Source: a bacterium
GTDB taxonomy: Bacteria > Zhuqueibacterota > Zhuqueibacteria > Residuimicrobiales > Krinioviventaceae
NCBI GenBank assembly: GCA_963675755.2
Contig: CAXXMD010000003.1
Span: 608,001-672,000 of the forward strand
Reading direction: 5' to 3'
DNA length: 64,000 nucleotides
This document shows, one piece after another, positions 30,851 through 40,929 of this stretch. The position numbers were made by a program, and so were the translations under genes. The notes beneath the pieces are model-generated. The model had not been told where the DNA came from. It did no database searches and saw only the letters and a program-made list of their open reading frames with translations. The first letter of the stretch is position 1, and each line of letters opens with the position of its first letter.

Positions 30851-31966
30851 TTATTCATTCTTTTTCCTGATTTCAATTCCTTTTAAATCTGAAATTCGAG
30901 CAATAAAACCCCAACCGAACTTGTCCTCGGATATTTCCATTATCAATTCATTTTCCCCCTCAAGAAAAAGCACATCTATTGTCTTGTCATTTTCTAAAAC
31001 ATATCCTCTATCCCTGTAATCACCTGATTCTACAAAACTATTATCACCTTCAAACAACATTTCAGAATTGAGGCAGACCCTGACTTTATCACTATATCCA
31101 AAATACAACTTTTTACTCTGTGTTTTTTTTGAATTGATGAATACTTTGGCTAAAACAGTGTTTTTTGTATTGGTTTTTACAAAATGCTTGTTCAAATTTA
31201 CTAAATAGTCTTCTGCATCTATTAAATGCCATTTATTGATACTTTTATTTAATACCTGAATATCTTTATTTTGGTTATAGTTATCATAGGGCTCTGAAAT
31301 TAGCCAGCTTGATATATATGACTCGTCTTTTATATTGGATTCATGATGCTTTTCGGAACCTGAAAGGGGATCATATTTTGTTACTTTTAGGTTTTTAAAA
31401 TTCGCAGGGTGATAACTAAAAACGCCTACTGCCCCTGATGTAATATCATGTTTCAACTTTACTGACAAAGAAGGATTTTGATTGTTGTTTAAATAAACAA
31501 TTGCAATATCATCAATTACCTCTAATTTTACATGAAACCATTCTTGCACCGGGATATCTGCTACAGCTTGATAGTCTTTCCCGTTATATAGCTGCCAGGT
31601 TGCAGAGCTGTTAAAAATGGGATCATATTGTATTGCATCCCATTTTCCACTGGTATGAGGCTGGAAATAAATACATTCATAATTAACTAATTCCCCTATT
31701 CGAAATGCAAGCCCTAAATAAGCCTTTTGAGTTGGTGAGTATAAATCACACTCTATTACACCATTTTCAAACTCCAGGCCATCAAGATATGCAATTCCCA
31801 CACCTTCTGAAATTAAAGTAATAAATCCGGAATCAGATTCTTTTACTGACGCAGAACCTAATGTTTTCCAATTATCAGACAAAAAATCAATGTTCTCAAC
31901 GTTCTGCTGTGCAATACATAAATTTGAAATGATGACAAATAATATGAACAAATTTGCTCTATTCAT
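30851..31966 (-). CDS. Secreted DUF1080/GH16-like beta-sandwich protein with a C-terminal beta domain
   Basis: Signal peptide from ATG 31966 (AGAAAGGA RBS); FENGVIECD, GLAFR, WFHVKLEV, VYLN, GAVG, FKNL pattern. Confidence 0.6.
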   Translation of the reverse strand: MNRANLFILFVIISNLCIAQQNVENIDFLSDNWKTLGSASVKESDSGFITLISEGVGIAYLDGLEFENGVIECDLYSPTQKAYLGLAFRIGELVNYECIYFQPHTSGKWDAIQYDPIFNSSATWQLYNGKDYQAVADIPVQEWFHVKLEVIDDIAIVYLNNNQNPSLSVKLKHDITSGAVGVFSYHPANFKNLKVTKYDPLSGSEKHHESNIKDESYISSWLISEPYDNYNQNKDIQVLNKSINKWHLIDAEDYLVNLNKHFVKTNTKNTVLAKVFINSKKTQSKKLYFGYSDKVRVCLNSEMLFEGDNSFVESGDYRDRGYVLENDKTIDVLFLEGENELIMEISEDKFGWGFIARISDLKGIEIRKKNE

Positions 31967-32167
31967 TATAATCCTTTCTGTAACGATGCAGATTCCCGTT
32001 TCACAAAATATATTAAGGCACATTTGTCTAAAGGGGCACTCCCCATTATTCAGACAATTTTAGGTACTTTTGGTGAAAGACCAAAGTAGCCAATTAATTT
32101 TCCTCGGTCAAGTCATTTTAAATAATTTTGCGCCAGAGTTTGGTCCGCTTTAAAAGCCAGAAAGAAT

Positions 32168-32191
32168 CCTGGGGCAGGGGTCCTAGGCTAC
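32168..32191 (-). repeat. GTAG-type REP-like hairpin, right boundary of inserted segment
   Basis: Minus strand GTAG-CCTAGG-acccctgc-CCCAGG, inverted relative to 30768-30790. Confidence 0.7.
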
Positions 32192-32192
32192 A

Positions 32193-32509
32193 TACTCAAT
32201 CGTGTTTTTATCCGTGAGGATCTGTGTGAATCCGTGGCCGAATTGACAGATAGAAAATAGGCCACGGATCTCCACAGATCAGCACGGATTGGAATTGCTA
32301 TATTGGGGATTGTTGTGCCTTGGTAAGCAAGGAGACGTTCGTGACGGAGATGATCTCCGTCACGATCAAATTCATAACATCAATTCAATCCTATAATCCT
32401 TAAATCCTACAAATCTTAATTCAGACAAAAATGCGACGGTCACTGCATGGGTAGCAGTGAGACGGCGCTTAAAGATGAATACCTGGGCCACAGGTCCAGG
32501 CTACGAACT
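32193..32509. repeat. Composite inter-cassette repeat, copy R3 (most complete)
   Basis: 32193-32429 is nearly identical to 33729-33964; 32430-32509 matches the ends of R1 and R2 and includes the REP-like 32482-32505. Confidence 0.92.
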
Positions 32510-32522
32510 ACGAAATGATCAT

Positions 32523-32912
32523 TTACTTTGAGAGTGACATAATAAAAAGTGCAATGGTTAATATAAAATAGCCCCAGATTAAAATATTACCCAAGTCATG
32601 ATATTTATTATCCCATTCATCATATTCTTTTATCATTATATCAAGATTTTTATTCGGTTTTAACAATAAAAAATGAATAATTATTATAACAAAATATCCA
32701 ATTAGTTGATGTATTAATGATGAATTTGCAATAGTATTCAATATAGAATAACTAGCTATTTTATTCAATATCCGTATTATACTTATAATATTGTATGATG
32801 CGAAAACACTCAACAATACAATTGCACCAATATCTGCAACATCATCATCATTATAACTCCATAGCATCAAGTTATAAAGTTTTATATAAAGAATTTTATA
32901 AATCTTGAACAT
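32523..32912 (-). CDS. Three-TM putative immunity protein
   Basis: Begins 11 nt after the RHS-CT stop; hydrophobic and AT-rich. Confidence 0.7.
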   Translation of the reverse strand: MFKIYKILYIKLYNLMLWSYNDDDVADIGAIVLLSVFASYNIISIIRILNKIASYSILNTIANSSLIHQLIGYFVIIIIHFLLLKPNKNLDIMIKEYDEWDNKYHDLGNILIWGYFILTIALFIMSLSK

Positions 32913-32923
32913 TTCTAACCTTC

Positions 32924-33685
32924 TTAATAATATTTAAACATTCGGGATACTCCAATACGTGCGGCATTACTCGCATCTACAGGAAATGTTTCAAGTTTTG
33001 GTCGTACTATCAAATATGAAATCGTTAAGGGGACACCAACTATAGGGCTTGACAAAGTTGATACTGTAGAAATTCCAATATCTAACACACCAAGCCCAAT
33101 ACCATAATAATCATTGTTATTGTAACTTGTAGATATTTGATAGCCACCACTAATTAAACCGAAACTATATCCAACAAGACCAACACCTTTTAAAAATCTT
33201 ATCGAAGGATAATACTTAAAATCTGTAATTTGAGTTAAATTAAGCTCATGAGCCGACATTAATACTCCACCATTGATGCCTATGAAATTACTTATAGCTC
33301 CAGTGATTTCCCCCGCATCCGGGAAATCACGGCAAATACTTTGATAATAAACTGATTCTGCTGTCAAACCTAGCGAAGGTCCGGTCTTATTATTATAAAG
33401 ACCAGGATTATTACTATTTCTACTAGAATAACTATCTAACGATTGTGTCATTGCATCTAAAATATATATATAATTCCAATTTACTGGTCTATCTGCTTCA
33501 ACTATAATATCATCAGTTTCATAAAATTGATAATCTCCTATTTGTTTTGTCTCCAACCCGTTTGGGTCTATCAGTCTTAACGGGTTATTCATCGTATAAT
33601 TATACGGACTCAACCCCGGATACTTCATTGCCAACGGATCAACGCTGATAAACGGCCCCACTACCGGATCATTACTAAACATCAT
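32924..33685 (-). CDS. Orphan RHS repeat-associated core plus C-terminal toxin domain (membrane-active type)
   Basis: DPVVGPFISVDPLAMKYPGLSPYNYTMNNPLRLIDPNG is the RHS core end with the DPxG cleavage motif; Gly-rich hydrophobic C-terminal helices; no RHS body and no clear RBS. Confidence 0.88.
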   Translation of the reverse strand: MMFSNDPVVGPFISVDPLAMKYPGLSPYNYTMNNPLRLIDPNGLETKQIGDYQFYETDDIIVEADRPVNWNYIYILDAMTQSLDSYSSRNSNNPGLYNNKTGPSLGLTAESVYYQSICRDFPDAGEITGAISNFIGINGGVLMSAHELNLTQITDFKYYPSIRFLKGVGLVGYSFGLISGGYQISTSYNNNDYYGIGLGVLDIGISTVSTLSSPIVGVPLTISYLIVRPKLETFPVDASNAARIGVSRMFKYY

Positions 33686-33728
33686 CGTATTGCATCATAA
33701 CCAAAATAACGCAAAAAAGCAAACATTT

Positions 33729-33964
33729 TACTCAATCGTGTTTTTATCCGTGAGGATCTGTGTAAATCCGTGGCCGAATTGACAGATAGAAAATAGGCCA
33801 CTGATCTCCACAGATCAGCACGGATTGGAATCGCTATATTGGGGATTGTAGTGTCTTGGTAAGCAAGGAGACGATCGTGACGAGATGATCTCCGTCACGA
33901 TCAAATTCATAACATCAATTCAATCCTATCATCCTTTAATCCTACAAATCATAATTCTGACAAA
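33729..33964. repeat. Composite inter-cassette repeat, copy R4
   Basis: Inverted triple 10-mers (atccgtgagg atctgtgtaa atccgtggcc ... ggccactgat ctccacagat cagcacggat), near-palindrome gatcgtgacgagatgatctccgtcacgatc, AATCC tandem. Confidence 0.92.
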
Positions 33965-34190
33965 GAAAACATCAAAACTTTGGGGAATACAGTAAACCAA
34001 CACTCGAGCAAAAATCTTTTCATATACTCTTGCATTCTGTTGCCCAATATAGACCAGGTATGCTCAATTCATCAAGAAATTTCAATTATCAATTGTTTTT
34101 TCAAGATGTATCCCTTATTTTTAAATAACCTGAATCTGAAATTTCCAAGTACAGTTGAATATATAAAATTTAAAAAATAAGGAGTTACAA

Positions 34191-35828
34191 TTGAGTCAAA
34201 ATAAACTTGCCGGCATGCCTGCTCCACGGGAATTACTGGTCAACATTCCCGGACTTGTTTCTGCTTATTATACATATGAACCCGACATTGAAAATCCCTC
34301 AAACCTGGTCTCCTTTGGCACATCAGGACACCGTGGTTCTTCATTAAAAAAAACCTTTACAGAATCGCATATCCTTGCTGTTTCACAAGCCATTTGTGAA
34401 TACAGAAATCAAAATAATATAAAGGGCCCCATTTTCATCGGAAAGGATACCCACGCACTGTCTGAGGCAGCCTTTGCAACAGCGCTTCAGGTTTTTGCGG
34501 CAAATGACCTGCAAGTAATCATTCAAAAAGGTCTTGGATTCACACCCACCCCCGTCATCTCTCATGCTATTCTAAATTTCAACAAGGGCAGAACCTCAGG
34601 TCTGGCGGATGGGGTTGTTATAACACCCTCGCACAATCCACCAGAAGATGGAGGATTCAAATACAATCCACCTAATGGCGGCCCTGCAGACACGGCAACT
34701 ACAAGTGTAATAGAAAAACGCGCCAACGAAATCCTGAAAAAAGGTTTAAAAGATGTTAAACGCATGCTCTACGAAAAAGCGCTAAAAGCAGAAAATGTAC
34801 AACATCTTGATCTCGTACATCCCTATGTAAATGATCTGGCAAACATCGTTGATATGGAAGCCATCCAATCTGCCGGATTAAAAATTGGTGTTGATCCCAT
34901 GGGTGGTGCCGGTATTGCCTATTGGGAACCGATTGCTGAGAAATACAAGCTCAATATAGAAAACGTGAATCCCTATGTAGATCCAACCTTTTCTTTTATG
35001 ACATTGGACAAAGATGGAAAAATCCGTATGGATTGTTCATCGCCCTATGCTATGGCAGGTCTGATAAAACTGAAAGAAAAGTTCGACATTGCATTTGGTA
35101 ATGACCCGGATTATGACAGACACGGCATTGTAACCCAAAGCAGTGGATTGATGAACCCCAATCACTATCTTGCGGTTGCCATTTGGTACTTGTTCCAAAA
35201 TCGTCCGGAATGGCGGCAGGATGCTGCAATTGGTAAAACTCTGGTTTCCAGTTCAATGCTTGACCGTGTGGCAGCTCATCTTGAGCGGAAAATTTCCGAA
35301 GTACCGGTCGGTTTCAAATGGTTTGTTGATGGACTCATTGATGGATCTTATGGCTTTGGTGGTGAAGAAAGCGCGGGGGCTTCTTTTCTACGTAAGAATG
35401 GAACAACATGGACAACAGATAAAGACGGTATTATAATGGACCTGTTAGCTGCCGAAATTTTAGCCAAAACCGAACGGGATCCCGGCGAGATCTACCAGTC
35501 CCTTGAAGCTCAATTCGGATCACCGGTTTATGAACGCATAGACGCGCCGGCAACCAAAGCACAAAAAGAAATATTGAAAAACCTGACCCCGGACCAGCTT
35601 AAAGCCAGCGAATTTGCGGGTGAACCCATTTTGCAAAAATTAACTCATGCACCCGGCAATAACGCTGCAATTGGCGGATTAAAAGTCGTTACCGAAAATG
35701 GCTGGTTTGCAGCTCGTCCTTCCGGAACAGAAGAAATTTATAAAATATATGCCGAAAGTTTCAAAGGTAAAGCGCATTTAGAAAAAATTCAGAATGAAGC
35801 AAAATCCCTTGTTGCGTCTGTTTTTTAG
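34191..35828 (+). CDS. pgm: Phosphoglucomutase (alpha-D-glucose phosphate-specific)
   Basis: [14 protein letters not shown] phosphoserine, DPDYDRH metal loop, GEESAG, RPSGTE; TTG start after AAGGAG. Confidence 0.97.
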   Translation: MSQNKLAGMPAPRELLVNIPGLVSAYYTYEPDIENPSNLVSFGTSGHRGSSLKKTFTESHILAVSQAICEYRNQNNIKGPIFIGKDTHALSEAAFATALQVFAANDLQVIIQKGLGFTPTPVISHAILNFNKGRTSGLADGVVITPSHNPPEDGGFKYNPPNGGPADTATTSVIEKRANEILKKGLKDVKRMLYEKALKAENVQHLDLVHPYVNDLANIVDMEAIQSAGLKIGVDPMGGAGIAYWEPIAEKYKLNIENVNPYVDPTFSFMTLDKDGKIRMDCSSPYAMAGLIKLKEKFDIAFGNDPDYDRHGIVTQSSGLMNPNHYLAVAIWYLFQNRPEWRQDAAIGKTLVSSSMLDRVAAHLERKISEVPVGFKWFVDGLIDGSYGFGGEESAGASFLRKNGTTWTTDKDGIIMDLLAAEILAKTERDPGEIYQSLEAQFGSPVYERIDAPATKAQKEILKNLTPDQLKASEFAGEPILQKLTHAPGNNAAIGGLKVVTENGWFAARPSGTEEIYKIYAESFKGKAHLEKIQNEAKSLVASVF

Positions 35829-35862
35829 AGATAAATAAATGAACCCATTAAATACATTATAA

Positions 35863-35889
35863 AAAGGCCCTTTTTTGAAAAGGGCCTTT
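35863..35889 (+). terminator. Intrinsic terminator after pgm
   Basis: AAAGGCCCTTTT-ttg-AAAAGGGCCTTT. Confidence 0.8.
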
Positions 35890-36234
35890 CCCCTACAAGA
35901 ATACAACCCAAATATAAAACCAAAAAATTTAATTTAAGCATTATAGCATAAGCTATTTGGATTTAAAATTCTTTTTGCTTGCTTTTCTTCTATATAAATT
36001 GTTAATTAGGATATTATTATAAAAATTTTATTATATTCAAATATGTATGGTAATTTGAGTATAATTTTTTAAATAAAATAAATTTATTTGCACTATGGTA
36101 AAGAAATATTAATTGTATATTTTTTTGCGGCCTTTCTCCAGCCTTTATTTATATTATCCTAACATTTGTTAATAAATATTGTATAAAGAAAAATTAAAAA
36201 ATCATTAATAATATTCTGTACATTTAAAAATTTT

Positions 36235-36248
36235 TATAAACGTTTATA
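36235..36248. promoter_or_regulatory. Candidate LacI-family operator (autoregulatory)
   Basis: Perfect palindrome TATAAACGTTTATA with central CG, upstream of the LacI gene. Confidence 0.55.
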
Positions 36249-36384
36249 TGTAACTTTTTTGAAACAGACATTGATTTAAAAAACACAAAAAGTTAATGAG
36301 CAACTAGAAAAAATTTGTAAATCCCGATTCTTTTAAATAGATATTTATAGTTTACTGGTTATCAATTGGTGAATAAATTTTATT

Positions 36385-37401
36385 ATGCAAAACAAAAGCA
36401 CAATTAAAGATATTGCAAAACAACTTGGGGTTTCAACCTCACTTGTATCATTTGTTCTCAATGGTAAAAGTAAAGAAAAAAGAATTAGCGATGAAATGAC
36501 AGCCAAAGTCTTAAAAGTTGCTAAAAAAATGAATTACACTCCAAATTATCTTGCAAAAAGTTTAAGACATGGCAAGTCAAGAACTTTAGGACTCATAGTA
36601 GCTGACATATCAAATCCATTTTTTGCAAACCTGACCCGACATATCGAAATTGAAGCATTTAAATATAACTATCATGTTATTTTGGGCAACTCGGATGAGA
36701 ATTTATCAAAATTTTCCAACCAATTAAAAGTTTTAAAAAATGGCCAGGTCGATGGATTTATTATTACGCCGCCTCATGGAAGTGAAAAGGAAATAATTGA
36801 ATTACAAGAACAAAACATACCTTTTGTTATTATAGACAGAATATTTAACATACCTAATACACATTCGGTAATGATTGATAATCATAAAGCAAGTTATAAA
36901 GCCACAGAACGCCTGTTAGCTAATAATAGAAAAAATATTGCCCTTATTAATATAATCCCAGAATTGATTCATATGAAGCAACGAGAAGATGGTTTTCTTG
37001 ATGCTTTAAAAGACAATGGAATTCCTATAAACCACTCTATTATCAAACATCTTGATTTCAGCCATCAAAAAGATGTTTTAATGGAAGCGATCAAAGATGT
37101 TATTCAAAAACAAGCCGATGCAATTCTATTTACCACCAATAAACTCGGGCTTATGGGTGTAGAATGTCTGAAAGAATTGAATGTAGATATTTCCAACAAA
37201 ATGTCAGTTATCAGTTATGATGATCCTATAGCATTCAAGGTATCATATACACCAATCAGCGCAATTGTACAGCCCATTGAGCAAATGAGTAAAGATGCGG
37301 TTCGAATATTAATGAATACAATTGAAAACAAGTACAATGGTGATATAATAGAAAATATTGAACTGGATGTTGATTTTATTTTCAGGGCATCATGTAAATA
37401 A
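36385..37401 (+). CDS. LacI family transcriptional regulator
   Basis: TIKDIAKQLGVSTSLVSFVLNG HTH, YTPNYLAKSL, periplasmic-binding-fold C-terminal domain. Confidence 0.95.
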   Translation: MQNKSTIKDIAKQLGVSTSLVSFVLNGKSKEKRISDEMTAKVLKVAKKMNYTPNYLAKSLRHGKSRTLGLIVADISNPFFANLTRHIEIEAFKYNYHVILGNSDENLSKFSNQLKVLKNGQVDGFIITPPHGSEKEIIELQEQNIPFVIIDRIFNIPNTHSVMIDNHKASYKATERLLANNRKNIALINIIPELIHMKQREDGFLDALKDNGIPINHSIIKHLDFSHQKDVLMEAIKDVIQKQADAILFTTNKLGLMGVECLKELNVDISNKMSVISYDDPIAFKVSYTPISAIVQPIEQMSKDAVRILMNTIENKYNGDIIENIELDVDFIFRASCK

Positions 37402-37664
37402 TACTACCAACTCTTGATTTCCCATTTTTGACAGTCTACCTGTAAATTCATATTATCTTTAACAAGAATCTAACCTTTTCCTCTCCGAATATCGGTTTTT
37501 CAAATTTCCGGAATAAATCCAGGGGATTAAACTATACTTGTTTTTTTGGGCGAATTTTACTATGTTTTTCTACTCTGAATATTAACGTGACACTGTTTAT
37601 ATTCTATGGATATTATGACTGATGTGCTTTTGCATTTATTAAATTGATATATGAGTAATGCATA

Positions 37665-40481
37665 ATGGTAATATTGAAAAAAAATTATTTATTATTTATC
37701 TTGATAATTCTTTTGGGGGGCTGTTCAAAAGATTTTTCCCCTGATAAAAACAAAAAATATTTTGTGGGTTTTTCTCAATGCGTAAGTAATGATCTATGGC
37801 GTCAGTCCATGAATTATGAGATAAAGCTTGAAGCATCATTACATCCTGAAATTGAACTTTTAATTCTAGATGGCCAATCTAACAATCAAAAACAAATCAA
37901 TGACATTACTTATTTGATTGATCAGCAAGTTGATTTGTTAATTGTTTCCCCAAATGAAGCTGAGCCTCTAACGCCTATTGTGGAAAAAGCTTACAAAAGT
38001 GGAATTCCGGTAATCTTGCTGGACCGGAAAATTAACAGCGATTTATACAATACCTATATTGGCGCAGATAATTATGCAATTGGTTTTGAAGCCGGTTTAT
38101 ATGCAGTAAATCAATTAAAAAATGGCGGCAAGATATACGAAATTTGTGGATTGGCCGGTTCTTCACCCAGTTATGATAGACATGCAGGTTTTGCAGATGC
38201 TTTAAAATACAATGAAAACATTGAACTTTTGAAAAGTCAATATCACGATTGGGTAATAAAAGACACTCTTCAATTTCAGGAACTTTTATTCAATGAATTA
38301 AAAAAACACCCAAATATAAACATGATATATGGTCATAATGATGGATTGGCTGCTGGAGCCTTTATAGCGCTGAATAAAATGAACATGGCGCAAAAGATAA
38401 AATTTATTGGTATTGATGCCTTGCCCGGAGAAGGTGGTGGCCTTCAAATGGTATTGAATAAAGTCCTAGATGCCTCTTTTCTTTATCCAACAGGTGGGGA
38501 TGTTGCAATTCAAACAGCATTTAAAATATTAATTGGAGATACTGTTGATAAAAATATAAGCCTGGAATCTGTTCTTGTTGATTCAACAAATGCAAGATTG
38601 TTGCAAATAAAATCAGATCAAATCCATAATATCCGATCAAAAATTGAAACTCAAAATCAAATCTTGAACAGGCTATTCATTCAATACAATTCGCAGCGAT
38701 ATTTTGTTTTTACACTTGTTACAGCAATTTTTTTGCTGGCGGCTTTTCTTTTTTTACTGTTCCGTTCTTTACAGATCAATAAAATGATGAATCGTAAATT
38801 AAATGAAAAAAATCTGGCAATTGAAGAACATTTAATTGAACTTGAAAAGCAGCGTGACGAGTTATATCAGATGCAAGAAACTGTAAAAAAAGCGAATGAA
38901 TTTAAAATTCAATTTTTCACAAACATCTCTCATGAATTCCGAACTCCTCTTACTCTTATTTTAGGGACACTGGATCAATTAAAAAAACTAAACATCAAAG
39001 ACAATTATATTACCAAACAGTTGAATATTTTAAACAAAAACGCTGAAAGATTATTAAAGCTCATTAACGAATTAATGAACTTTAGAAAAATAGAAGCTCA
39101 AAAAGTCTCTCTAAATATTTATGAGCATGATATTGTAAGTTTCTTAAAAGATATATTAATATTCTTTGAAGGCTCGGCAGAAACAAAAAATATTAAATTA
39201 AACTTTTTTGCTCAACATGAACAAATGAATGTTTTTATTGATGCTATAAAATTTGAAAAAGTTATTTTTAATCTTCTTTCAAACGCTTTTAAATTCACCC
39301 CAGACAATGGAGAGATTACTCTATGTGTTATATATAATGAATGCATTGAAGATAATATTAGATGCATCGAAATTAGTGTTAAAGATACTGGTATTGGTAT
39401 ACCTGAGAATGAACTTGAACTTATATTTGAGCAGTTTCATAATATTGACCAAAATGGATATTCTTCAATAACAAGTACAGGTATAGGATTAGCCTTTAGC
39501 AAGAGAATAGTGACACTGCATCATGGAAACATAAGTGTAAAAAGTGAGGTCAATAAAGGCAGCACATTTACCATTCAACTGCCTTCTAATGCTGCTGCAT
39601 ATAAAAACAATGAAATCATAAATGATATGGCGGCTTTTAATTCCTTTGAGCACCTTGTTTCTGAGGAATTAGATAATTTACCGGAGCAAACTGTCAATCA
39701 AATAAATGTTATTGAAGATAATGCAGAAGTATTACTCGTTGTTGAGGACAATAAAGATGTTGTCCAGATGTTGAAAGATAATTTTGTCAAAGATTTTGAG
39801 ATCATTACAGCATACAATGGCAAAGAGGGTCTCGCATTAGCAAAAAAATATAAACCCAATATTATTATTAGCGATATAATGATGCCCATAATGGATGGCA
39901 ATGAGATGACAAAGTTATTAAAATCTGATATTGATACAAGCCACATTCCTATAATTTTACTCTCTGCCAAAACTACTGAAGAAAATAAAATAGAAGGTCT
40001 TGAATGCGGTGCTGATTATTATATCACAAAGCCATTCAACTTTAAAATCCTTGAATTAAAATTAAAAAATATCATAAAAAACAGAGAGAAAATTAAAGAA
40101 CATTTTTCCAAAGATATTCTGTTCTTTAAAAATGAACCACGGATCAAAGATCTTGACAAAGCGTTTCTTCAAAAAGTAATTGCACAGGCGGAAATGCAAA
40201 TATTGGATTCAAATTTATCTGTTGAAAATTTGGGTAAAACATTTGGAATGAACCGGCTTACTTTTTATCGAAAAATCAAAACAATTACAGGTCTTGCTCC
40301 AAGTGAATTTATAAAAACCATTCAGCTGCACAAAGCATCTGATCTTTTGAAAAATTCAGACTTGACCATTTCTGAAATTGCTTTCAAAGTTGGTTTTGAA
40401 ACCCCTTCATATTTTACAAAATGTTTTAAAAATGTCTTTAAAGTAAAACCTTCAGAATACCAGAAAAATTTTAACAATTAA
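37665..40481 (+). CDS. Hybrid two-component system with periplasmic sugar-binding sensor (BT1754-like)
   Basis: VGFSQC..DLWR binding-protein domain, TM helix, SHEFRTPL HisKA, NLLSNAFKFT/DTGIG HATPase, SDIMMP receiver, AraC HTH. Confidence 0.93.
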   Translation: MVILKKNYLLFILIILLGGCSKDFSPDKNKKYFVGFSQCVSNDLWRQSMNYEIKLEASLHPEIELLILDGQSNNQKQINDITYLIDQQVDLLIVSPNEAEPLTPIVEKAYKSGIPVILLDRKINSDLYNTYIGADNYAIGFEAGLYAVNQLKNGGKIYEICGLAGSSPSYDRHAGFADALKYNENIELLKSQYHDWVIKDTLQFQELLFNELKKHPNINMIYGHNDGLAAGAFIALNKMNMAQKIKFIGIDALPGEGGGLQMVLNKVLDASFLYPTGGDVAIQTAFKILIGDTVDKNISLESVLVDSTNARLLQIKSDQIHNIRSKIETQNQILNRLFIQYNSQRYFVFTLVTAIFLLAAFLFLLFRSLQINKMMNRKLNEKNLAIEEHLIELEKQRDELYQMQETVKKANEFKIQFFTNISHEFRTPLTLILGTLDQLKKLNIKDNYITKQLNILNKNAERLLKLINELMNFRKIEAQKVSLNIYEHDIVSFLKDILIFFEGSAETKNIKLNFFAQHEQMNVFIDAIKFEKVIFNLLSNAFKFTPDNGEITLCVIYNECIEDNIRCIEISVKDTGIGIPENELELIFEQFHNIDQNGYSSITSTGIGLAFSKRIVTLHHGNISVKSEVNKGSTFTIQLPSNAAAYKNNEIINDMAAFNSFEHLVSEELDNLPEQTVNQINVIEDNAEVLLVVEDNKDVVQMLKDNFVKDFEIITAYNGKEGLALAKKYKPNIIISDIMMPIMDGNEMTKLLKSDIDTSHIPIILLSAKTTEENKIEGLECGADYYITKPFNFKILELKLKNIIKNREKIKEHFSKDILFFKNEPRIKDLDKAFLQKVIAQAEMQILDSNLSVENLGKTFGMNRLTFYRKIKTITGLAPSEFIKTIQLHKASDLLKNSDLTISEIAFKVGFETPSYFTKCFKNVFKVKPSEYQKNFNN

Positions 40482-40683
40482 TTTTAGCTTTTCGCAAACT
40501 CTTCCCAGAGCGACATGTGTTTTCTGATGCATGTATTGCAACTATTTATACAAAACTCTATTTCCATCCTCACACTTTTCCTGCTGTGATTATTAATCCA
40601 TCAAATAACGAAAATTTTAAAAGATAAAGTTTAGTGGATTAATAAAAAACGATTCAATCCCTGTTCAAAAGAACATTTTTCAA

Positions 40684-40716
40684 AATTGATACATCTCTTG
40701 CAGTAATTGATACATC
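40684..40716 (+). promoter_or_regulatory. Candidate HTCS (AraC) binding site: 12-bp direct repeat at 21-bp period
   Basis: AATTGATACATC at 40684 and 40705. Confidence 0.65.
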
Positions 40717-40913
40717 CATTCTATTTGATTTATTTAAAAAATATTATCTTAATCATAAAAATTACCGCATTGAAGCAAGCTTATAATTAACATTGTATTT
40801 CATTTGCCTGATTTTTAATAAAAACATTTTAATATGTAATAATCACCATGAGCAATATAGTTTCTATAAATAAAAATTTGATTTTGTTGTAATAAAATTT
40901 TTTTAACTATTTT

Positions 40914-40929
40914 GCTAAAACGTTTTAGC
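40914..40929. promoter_or_regulatory. Candidate LacI operator upstream of the TBDT operon
   Basis: Perfect 16-bp palindrome GCTAAAACGTTTTAGC. Confidence 0.75.

Noticed and set aside
10710-31966. Gfo/Idh/MocA + DUF1080 oxidative-elimination glycoside pathway
   Set aside because: The two genes are about 19 kb apart, the DUF1080-like gene looks separately inserted, and no sugar-phosphate-isomerase/TIM lyase partner is present.
29332-33964. CRISPR array or classical integron
   Set aside because: The repeats are 165-320 bp with gene-sized spacers. There is no cas or intI gene, and no convincing RYYYAAC...GTTRRRY attC ends were identified by eye.
33980-34180. 66-aa ORF upstream of pgm
   Set aside because: TTG start without RBS and no motif; likely the pgm promoter region.
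35890-36384. Very AT-rich intergenic stretch as a replication origin
   Set aside because: No DnaA-box cluster or iterons were seen; it is adequately explained as the lacI promoter region.
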